Shown here: positions 48,780 through 58,614 of the stretch, piece after piece
Layout: each line of letters starts with the position of its first letter
Position numbering within the stretch: position 1 is the first letter of the stretch
Origin: Selaginella moellendorffii
Taxonomy: Eukaryota; Plantae; Lycopodiophyta
Reading direction: 5' to 3'
Length of the DNA stretch: 64,000 bases
Assembly: GCF_000143415.4 (NCBI RefSeq)
Contig: NW_003314416.1
Span: forward strand, 213,981 to 277,980
Position numbers and translations under genes: made by a program
Notes under the pieces: model-generated
The model's database searches: none
Told to the model about the DNA's origin: nothing
What the model saw: the letters and a program-made list of their open reading frames with translations, nothing else

Positions 48780-50874
48780 AAATATCAATTTGCAAAGTTG
48801 AGCAAGTGGCATGTGTTGGGACCCGAAGGCGCGCCGAAGGTAAGCTAATTAGCATGGGTTAACTAGGTCGACCAGGTGTAGGGAGCTACGCCCGACTCCC
48901 TGCGGGGATGTCGAATCTGTAGACGTATTCTACGGAGGTTGGGTTCGAGTCCCAACCCCCTAGTAAAGCAAGGCTGGGTTCAAGTCCCGACCCCATACTA
49001 GGGCGTGGTGAGGTAAGGAGTATAGGGACACCTATATTCCGTTGTCATGAGCTCTTGGCCGGGGAGGCTGACTTAGGCACACCGCTAAGTGGGGGGATGC
49101 CCCCGGAGACATGGTCAACAAGTCGTAGGATAAAAAAGAGACGTTCGATGTGGGCATCGAACTTCTTCTATGGGTGGTGGAGTTGTAAGGAACCAACTCG
49201 CCGAGGTGTCGTAGGCTAAAGGAACCCTGAAAGCATGACCAAAATGACAAAGAGTTCATCGGATGGGACCAAGTTAAAGATCGAGTCCAAGACCGACTCT
49301 AGGACCGAGTTCGAGATAGAGTCCGGAATCGAGTCCGAGACCGACTCGGGGACCGAGTTCGAGATAGAGTCCGGAATCGAGTCCGAGACCGACTCGGGGA
49401 CCGAGTTCGAGTCCGAGTTCGAGACCGAGTTCGAGACGGAGTCCGAGATCCGAAATCGGGTCCGAGACCGAGTCCGAAATCGAGTCCGAGGTCGGGTCCG
49501 AGATCGGGTCCAAGATCGAGTCCGCGATCGAGTCCGAGACCGAATCCGAAGTCGGATCCGAAATCGGATCCGAGATCGAGCCAGAGACTAAGTCCAAATA
49601 CTAATACGGGTCAAGGGGTGAAAGCCCAAAGCGTGCGTCCCCCAGGGGGGGGGGGCTGCAGGGGGGTTCCAAAAGTATAGTAGGGATAGTGAGGTCCAGG
49701 AACCAGTTTTGAAGGGACTCTCCAGTGGAGCTCCCAAACCGACTTGAGGTTGAGACTGGGACCAAGGGGCCTTGGGTGGGAGTGAGCATGGACTTGGCTG
49801 GTGCCGGAGGGGCCATCCAAGGAAGTGCTCAAGAGCAGCTCCCACTCCCGAAAGGGAAACCGATTGCGGTGCTCCCGGCTCAGGTGGAGTGGTGCCCCAC
49901 TTGAGTACCATGCGGCTCATTGGTCCTCGCCCTTCTTAGGGGCTTGGGCCTTCCTTCGGGATGGAAGTGGGGGGCGAGAGGTACCCATACCGGGCCGCTA
50001 GGCCACGGTGTTTCGCCCCGACGTCCCGAAGCAAGTGTTGCACTCAAGACTTGGGATTTAGAGGGTCCCATGATCAAGTCTTGTGGTACCAAGGGATGTT
50101 AGGAACCTGGAAGCTTGGTGTGCTTGGCTGCTTGTGCTTGCGGGGAGTGTAACCGAACCTTAGTCCAGTCTAACCCGGGGAGGGGGATTGGGAGTGATTT
50201 GGGAATCCGTGGAAGGATGGCTAACACTCCGTTGCTCGTGCAGTGAGTAGCTGAAACCAAGTAGGAGCTGGTACCATAGGCGAGAACCTTGGCAAGGGAA
50301 CCTAGCAAAAGCCAAGGCAGTGTTGGACGGATAGACGAGGTAAGCTGGCAAATTGGAAAGGAAAAATTTGTGGCTTACAATTCCTAGGTCTATCATTTTT
50401 GTGCGCCGTGTTCTTGGTTCCGCTGAGCGCTGTGAGCGCTGCTTGTGTAAGCGGCGTTGTGAGCTATGGTTTATGCGTCTACGAGCGGTTGCGGCATTGC
50501 GAGCGCCATTGCGAGCGGCAGTTTATGCGAGTGGCAGTTTGTGCGAGCGGCGCTATGAGTAGTTGCGGTGTTGCGAGCGGCACTGTCTTTGGTGTGGCTA
50601 CCGCTTCCTCTTGATATTCGGCACTTGTGCTTCCTGGTATGTTCACTATGGAATGGCTTAGGACCACATTTAGAAATGGCATGAGGCCACATGCCATCTT
50701 GGGCCCTTGCAATTTCATGGCTAGCGTATTGTCATGTATGTTTTTACTTGCCTGCAGTTGTGTGTATATCAAGATGGCATGAGGGCTCATGCCAATTTTG
50801 TGAATGCGAAATTTCACGTGGGTGTCAATAGCATGTTTGAATAATGGCATGTGGCCTCATGATATTGAGGTTGT

Positions 50875-52287
50875 TTGGTATGTTATGATTTAGGCCATTC
50901 TCCAATCATTTTTTTTATGGTCTTAACTTCTTTTCTGCACTTTCAGAATGGCCTTCAGAGTTGGGGAAAAGGTTTACATTTTGAATGGTGGGAAGAGAGT
51001 TGCAAAAGAGACCCTTGTGTCTATGGATCGGAACTTTGTTATACACTGTCAAAGGCTTGGGGTGTATCAGTAGAGACTGTCTTCGATGGGAATGTGGTCG
51101 CTATTGAACGAGGAGAGATGGTCATCGGGGTAAATGTTGTTGTTGCCTTGAAAAATCTTCAGAAGAAAGCAGATGTTGGGGACAGCGCAAGTGCGACGCA
51201 TGTTCCCTCCGTGGATCTTAAGAACCGTGCTACATGGATTCAGGCAAAGGTGTTTCTAAACAACCCCGAGGGGGAGGTGGTAGCTGAGGGCTTAGCCACA
51301 GTTGTCGATCCAAGAGATGCGGTTGCTAATCAAGAATTGGGCTGGGATGATATTGGAGTTGTGATTTTAGAGGTTGTTGACACAGAAGAAAACAGTCTGA
51401 CTATTGGAAGCATTGTGCGGTGGAAATTGAGGCACTTAGTGTTTAAGAATGTGAAGGATTCACAATCAAACACCACTACAACTGATGACAGAACATCTCT
51501 TCATGGGAAAAGAAAGTACACCTTCCTAAAGCGCAGCCAAAGGGATCTGAGCAACGAACCGAAAAGGCAGAAAATGGCGATGGAGGTTCGAATGGTCTCG
51601 ACAGTTGCTTGTTGCAAGAGGAGGTGCTGTCAACATGCTGATTGGGATGCTATTGAAGAGGAGAGAGCAAGATACAAGACATTGTCTTGGAAGGCAGCTC
51701 GCAATTTTGTGTATGAGGCATTACGGTCATCTGTTGATGCTTCAGAACATCAGGTGGGGGGCATGGTCTTCCAGAGGGGTTCGGTCTGCATGAAGGCATG
51801 GAGAATCATTTATGGAGTCCCTCGAACCACATTCTACAGAATCAAAACTGAGTTCGAGGAACAAAGGGTTCAACAGGTAGTCCATGGGAACGACGGTACG
51901 CACAAAACCAGGGGTCATGTTGTATATGGAGAGGCAATCTTCAAGAGGTTTGTCGAGACATGTAGCGAGCAGCAACCACATAAAACCCGCCTCTTGGAAG
52001 ATGGAACACGAGACACCCAACGAGTTCTCCCTTCCATGTATACCAAGGGGGCCATATTGGAAGATGTGAATCGGGAATTCCAGAGTAATGGCTACAGGAA
52101 GCTGAGCCAATCTAGATTTAGTAGATTGTGGAGCAACAGGTTCAGGGATGTGAGTATAGGAAAGTACTCCAGCTTTTCAAAGTGTGACGAGTGCACTGCT
52201 ATCAAAATGGCTTTGTCGAAAATGGCATGTGCCCTCAGGCCTTTTACTAAATCACCTTTGAAAGAAATGCAAGCCTCTATGTCATAA
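50875..52287 (+). pseudogene. Transposase N-terminal half, truncated by an internal deletion at ~52221
   Basis: Tnp1/En-Spm-like segment (EVVAEG..DP..LG..D..V), CCKRRCC, VCMKAWRIIYG, HGN, SRFSRLW..F..V.I.K..FSKCDEC. From 52221 the sequence matches copy 1 from 8577 onward. Confidence 0.78.
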
Positions 52288-52785
52288 AAAAAAGGTACTA
52301 GAGAAATTCCTTAATAATATGAATGTTATTTAGTTTCATGAAAATACACTAAGGGTCAAATGAGTTAAATGACTTCTCCAGACTAGCAATGCCTCTTGCT
52401 ACACCTTCACAATTAGATTCGTTAGAAAAAGATAACATTGAATAATATCTAAATGTTCTCACCATTAAGTTATATGTCTGGCTAATAGGAATGACGTTCA
52501 TCTTGGAAAGCTCACCACACGCTCAATGAACAAACAAATAGTGTGTGCGCGCATGCCATCGCTCTTCTTTAGCTTCAGATTCGGCTTGTTCACCTTGACA
52601 ATGAGATTTATTATACAACCAGATGGACTCAGTCTGGACACAAAGTCACCGCGCTAGTCACCATGCCCCAGATATGTCTAGCCCCTGGACAAAAAACATA
52701 TAATTTCACGTCATTTTCAAATACTTGAAAATTTGTACCTAGTCCCATTTTACTGAATAAATCCCACTTTAACGAAATAGAGCTT

Positions 52786-55700
52786 TTCAATGTCTGGAAT
52801 CCATTTGCGTGCATTTTCCTCCTGATCGTGTGGTGTGTCTCTCGTCCTAGTGTCACACCTCCCACTTTGAACAGTGCGTTAAAAAACAGAGGCTGTTTAA
52901 GCCACTCCTCGGGCCTGGTCGGTGGTGTTTGCTGCAGTGGAAAGGCTCTCCAAAGTCGATGAAGGCTCTAGACGAAGTTGCCCCCTCTCACTACCTGCGT
53001 TGGTCTTTCCGCGAAGAGCCACCGTGGGTCCTCCTCCCACGGTTTGGCTGCATTGTGTTTGGGGCGTATCGCTAGGAGGCTCTGCCGGAACATGAGTCGC
53101 CACGGCTGTCTCCCCTGTTGCAAGCCCATGAGAAAAATCTTGTACCTCATCGCCTTCGCCATGTCGCTGGGGTCAATGATCCCCAGCCCCCCTAGAATGC
53201 GCGGCGTCACTGTAGATTGCCATGCCACCTTGGCCATGGTTCGCCCTGTAGCCAATGCTCCACTCCATACGTAGGTCCGCACCATCTGTCTCACTTTCTG
53301 CAGTGTAGTTTCTAGCACCAGCCAAATCGAGAGGTGGTACCAGATGCTGGGGAGGATCACGCACTTGACCACTACAACCCGGGCTGGGAGTCTGAGTTTC
53401 CTCGGTGTCCATTTCTGAACTGCGGTCCAGATCCTCCTGCGAAGCGTGTCATCCTGTGTAGCCGCACTGTACTGGGCCCCAACCTGGATGCCGAGGTATC
53501 GAGTGTCTTCGCCAGGGCAAAGCCACTGAAAGCCTATCTCCTGTCCCCAGGTCTCAATGCCTGGCTTTCCCCAGTTCACGCCTACTGACTTGTTCCAGTT
53601 TATGGCTGCCCCTGCTGTCCTGTTGAAGATCTCCAGCTTAGACCTTGCTGCATCCAGGTTCCCCGGGGTGGCAAGTAGGAAGAGTGCAGTGTCATCTGAA
53701 AATGCCCCGTCTTGCAGCTCTTGTGTCACAACTTTAGTTCCCGGGAGTTGTAGCCATTCAGAGGGCAGCACCAGGCCTTTTATATCCTCTCCATGCGTGA
53801 GGAAAGAGCCCAGTGCCTCTGCTACTATCAGGAACAGGTAGGGGGCGAGTGGACATCCCTACCTCACTTAGCGTCCCAAGTGGAAGGTCGGGCCTATCTC
53901 TCCATTCAGTGTGACCCGGCTTGCAGCTCCCTTGTAGAGAAGTGAAATACGTGAGACAGTCCTTGCCGGGATCCCTATCCTACGCATGCAATCCTCCAAG
54001 AAGTCCCAATCAACTCGATCGTAGGCCTTCTCAAAGTCTAGTAGCCATGCTACAATCTGTTGATTTGAGACGTTTGCCCACCGTTGTGCAAGGAGGTACG
54101 TCTATATGTTTTCTGCGATCTGTCGTCCCGGCATGAATCTCGTCTATTGTTCTCTAATGATGAGGGGCATGACTGGCTGTAGCTTGAGTGCCATTGCCTT
54201 TGCGTATAACTTGTACAATGTGTTGAGCATGGTTATGGGGCACTAGTTCTTGAACTCCTAGAGGTCTCCCTGTTTTGGAATCAATGCGATTTGTCCCTCT
54301 AGTATCTCTCCCAGCAGCACCCCTGTTTGTTGTGCACCTCGCCATGTCTCCAGGAGCATCAGGCCAACGTCATCCCAATACTCCTCATAGAATGCCGGAA
54401 GGATGCCGTCCATACCTGGCATCTTGTCATCGTTCAGCTGTTCCAAGGCTTGGTGGAGGTCTTCCAGTGAAAAGTTGGCCACCAGCATCTCCAGGTGCTC
54501 GTCGGGAACTCTACATGGAAGAGAGGACAACACTCTGCTTGCAGCATCTCTCCTATCATGGGACCAGGGCTTGGCGGTGTACAGCTTCTGGTAGAACTCC
54601 TGTGCTGTGTACGCTACAATCTGTTGATTTGAGACGTTTGCCCACCTCTGTGCCAGGAGGTACGTCCATATGTTTTCTGCAATCTGTCGTCCCGGCACGA
54701 ATCCAGTCTGCTGTTCTCTGATGATGAGGGGCATGACTAGTTGCAGCTTGAGTGCCATTGCCTTTGCGTATAACTTGTACGATGTGTTGAGCATGGTTAT
54801 GAGGTGCCAGTTCCTGAGTTCCTAGAGGTCACCTCGTTTCGGAATCAATGCGATTTGTCCCTCTAGTATCTCTCCTGGCAGCACCCCTGTTTGCTGTGCG
54901 TCTCGCCATGTCTCCAGGAGCATCAAGCCAACGTCATCCCAATACTCCTCATAGAATGCCGGAAGGAGGCCGTCCATACCTGGCATCTTATCATCGTTCA
55001 GCTGCTCCAGGGCTCGGTGGAGGTCTTCCAATAAAAAGTCGGCCACCAGCATCTCCAGGTACTTGTCGGGAACTCTGCATGTTAGAGTAGACAACACTCT
55101 GCTTGCAGCGTCTCTCCTATCCGGGGACCAGGGCTGGGCCGTGTACAGCTTCTGGTAAAACTCCTGGGCCAGCCCCTGCGACCACTTCTCCGTCGTCCTT
55201 CCTCAGTCCTAGGATCAGGGGGGAGTCGGTGACTGGACGGATCCCTTTGTAGAATGCTTTGTTGAGAAGCCGTTCATTCATCACCCAGCTATCCTCCATG
55301 GATCGGAGTCCAGCACTCCATGCTGCATATTCTTTGTCCCACAGCTCTGCTTCCCTCTCGTCCAGTGTTGCTGTCCATCTGGCCTTGTCTTTTGCATGTA
55401 GGACCATTCTCTGGGCTGCCGCCACCTTTTGTCTCGCCAGTCTCACCTCTTTCAGGACTTCCCCTTTGAGAGCCACTTGCCTTTCCCGGAGCTTAGTGGA
55501 GCAAGTGCCTAGTGCCAAGACGAGTTCCCCTTTGCTGCTGTCTAGTGTTTCCTGGACGAGCTTCACTGCTACTGGGTCGACCATTGTGGCTTTGGTGATC
55601 TTCCTCTGCACCACTGTTCCTTTCACCGCCTGTAGCTTGAGAATGCCTCGGAGTGGGTCGTGGTCTGAAAAGGTGGCAAACGCAGGCCACGTTTTGAGTC

Positions 55701-58614
55701 CCCCTCCATCTTGTCGCAGCCTGGTGGAAGCGTAAAACCTGTCCAGTCGAGCTTGGCACCCTGTCGATTGGTGTCTCGTGAAAGGGTGGTTGCAGAAAAC
55801 CCCTCTACGTGCTGGAGGTCCAAGACTCCCAAGGCTTCGACTAACGCTATCCAATTCCTTCTCTCTCTCCCCTGTATGGTTTCCAGTGAACCTCACCGGT
55901 CACTCAAACCCTCCACCATGTTGAAGTCTCCTACCACCAGCCACTCGTCCGCCACTCCTTGAGTGCTCTGCTGGATATCTGTCCACATTTGTGCACACTC
56001 CCTTCTTCGAGTGGGTGCATACAACGTTGACAATCCCAACACGCCCAAAGTGTAGGTGTATGACCAACAGCTGTGCTTTCTCTTGGACCAGCACCCTGTG
56101 GTCACGTACCTGCGCTGACCACTTGGTAGAGACAATGATCGCTGTTCCTCCTCCACACCGTGTTCTCACTTGTGTGGCCGGATTCCACCAAATTCTCCCA
56201 CACATGCCCAGATTGAAGTCTGGAGCCTTCCCCATCTTGTGCTTCTGGATGCACAGTATGTTGATCCTCCCCTCTAAGCCAATCTCTTGGATGTGGGATT
56301 TGAGCTGTACTCTCTTGTTGAGTCTACTGTCATCAGAGCTGAGTCCCTGACAGTTCCACGTGAGCACTGTGAGCGTAGTCATGGAGCAACGTATTTCCAA
56401 GAGAAAATCGTGCTGCTAGGCCTCGCCCTCCATTCCAAGGAGATGGTCCATACTGCAGTGAGCCTCCCCTTGTACTTGGTCCAGGAGAAGCCCCGCACTG
56501 TGTATTCTGAAAATCCCGTCCACTCGGTGATGGCACGTTCCATCCGGGTCTGGTAATCGCCAAGCGTGATGACCTCTGGGAAGGCCATGTGCCCTCGGTA
56601 CATCAGCCAGTCTCCCGCCTCTGTGGTTGTTAGTTCTCTCCTGGGTGGGATCCATCTGACTGCCATGTTCATAGTCCGAGGAAGAACCTGCTGAAAGCCT
56701 TCTCCGTCTTTTTCAGCAATTGGGCTCTCGAACATTCTGGGCCGTGAATCATGTCCCAAGAAAGGTGGTGCGCTTGGGAACCGTGCTTCAGTTGTTTCTC
56801 CATGGCCTCTGGGAGTTCGAAGGGACGTCCTGGAGCAAGCTTGGGCCATTTGGTCATGCACGCATTCTCGCTGTGCCCGGATTGTAGGCACATACTACAG
56901 CGTGGTGCTGCGTTTTCCACCTGTATACGAACGTATTGTCCCAGGACTGCTATCTCCGTAGGGAGTTCTGCTGGGGATGACACAAAGACCTTATGTCTCA
57001 CAGGGCCCAGAACGCCCTCCGCATCCACGGTGTCTAGACCCGAGGCGATCTGCCTGATGCTTCCTTCGATGAGCTCTCGTATCACCTCTTTAATCCTCAT
57101 CTCCATTGGGATGTCCCACAGTGCCACGTTAAGTGGGACACTTCCCCCCTTCAGCCGTGCCTGGTCATCAGCCGTGAACCTTGGAACCCACGGGTGAAAG
57201 GACACCGCCCAGCTATCGTTGATCAGTCCATGCAGCTCCTCTGCTCGAGCCCGCGCCTCCTCTGTCTCAAACACCACTGTGTAGCATCCACGTCCATGTG
57301 GGAGCAAGTTCTTGATTGTAATCCCCTACTCCAACGTAGCATTCAGCCAGTCCATGGCCATGCGGCTAGTGGGAAACTTCCCCCTGAATACTGCAATCAC
57401 TGCTCTATGTCGTAGTTCTTCCCTAGCTGCCACCACCTGGCTGAGTGTCTCGCCCAGCTTGACTGCCTTTGCCATCCTCTTGGCATCTAGCGCTATTCCA
57501 GCACGTTTCCCTAACTCTCCGGCGCGAGGCTCCATCTTAGAGGATTCTATGTGCGGGATTTCTTTTACCACCTTTCCTTGTGTGGGGCAGCCTTCTTGTT
57601 CTTGCTCAACTCCCAAGTCACCTTGCTCCCCTGGGTCCTCTGGGCCTTGGTGTGGTGTGGTCCGACACTTATCCTCCACCTTTTCCCACCCACGTCCTGC
57701 CGAGGCTCCCTGTGCTTTTCCTTTTGCTGTGCTATCCTTCTTCTGCTCCTGGTCCTCCTCAGAACACGTTTCCTCCTCATGGAGGAACTCCTCCACCTCT
57801 TTTGCCCACGCAAGGGCCTCCTTTGAGCCTGCGCGCCACCTTGCGTTCCTTTTTTTTCTCCATCCTGTTTTTTCTGGCCTCTCTTTCCCTCTCCTGTCCC
57901 ATTCGCTTCATCTCCTCCTCTTGGTCTTCCAGCAGTAGCGCCAGCGGCTTCACTCTTTTCCCCAGAATCGATTCCTCCTTTTGCGCCTCCACCTTTTTGC
58001 TAGCTTCCGGGATCTCCTTGTCTTGGTCCCTTTGTTGGTCCACTTCCTGCTCCTCTTGCTCCTTCCACGTGCTTGTCACTTCCTCTTGTACTTTAGTTTC
58101 TTGGGCCGCTTGGCTGTTTGTGTACTCTTGTTCTTTTGGTGTGACTAGTGCCTCAGTCGCAAGATCGAGGGCTTCCCTGAGAGCGGGGCCAAGAGTACGG
58201 TCTTCTCCCTTGGGGTGAGTCTCCTGGTGCCATACTTCAGTAGTGAGTATATCTTGGTGGAGCTGAACTTCGTTCTGAGTGGCCTCCCGCAAAGCCTTCG
58301 CAAAGGTTTGGGGATCCCATTGCAGCAGTCCTTCTTCTGTCTGGTGTGGCATACATTGCTGCAGCACCGATAGCTGGGGCTCACAGTCAGGCTGATGACT
58401 GGGAGAAGTCCTGCTCTTAAGTCGAGATCCTACCGACTTCACCGGAGAGCCTGGTAGAGATGTTCTCACTTTGTTGGTCAGATCCAAGAGGCTCCCTAAA
58501 GTGCGGGGAGATTGGGCGCTCTCCCCTTTGCGCTCTCCCTCCTCTGGCCGCGCCTCCGATCACGGCAGCCATGGTGCTGGACGCTGTGCTCCTCCACGCC
58601 CTAACTCGCCAATC
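52786..58614 (-). mobile_element. LINE B, 5' part: ORF1 plus APE-RT ORF2 (degenerate, ~560-bp internal duplication)
   Basis: ORF1 ~56379-58573 has a DUF4283-like region and RCSMCLQSGHSENAC. ORF2 starts at 56382 (MTTLTVLTWNCQGL, GDFN, RLDRFY, SDHDP). RT segment is duplicated (~54049 and ~54613). Confidence 0.9.

Larger units (their letters stand above)
42800..50379 (+). mobile_element. Chromodomain Ty3/Gypsy (chromovirus), full length, young, intron-containing
   Basis: LTRs 42800-43947 and 49184-50379 differ by a few substitutions and a 48-bp duplication. TSD ATTCC; PBS TGGTATCGGAGCC at 43951-43963; PPT 49170-49183. Confidence 0.95.
27999..52785 (+). mobile_element. Complete large Sola/DUF7869-like TIR DNA transposon copy 2 (non-autonomous, two nested Gypsy elements)
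   Basis: Perfect 24-bp TIR AAGCTCTATTTCGTTAAAGTGGGA (27999-28022 and 52762-52785). 4-bp TSD TTCA (27995-27998 and 52786-52789). Removing the element restores LINE B. Confidence 0.92.
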
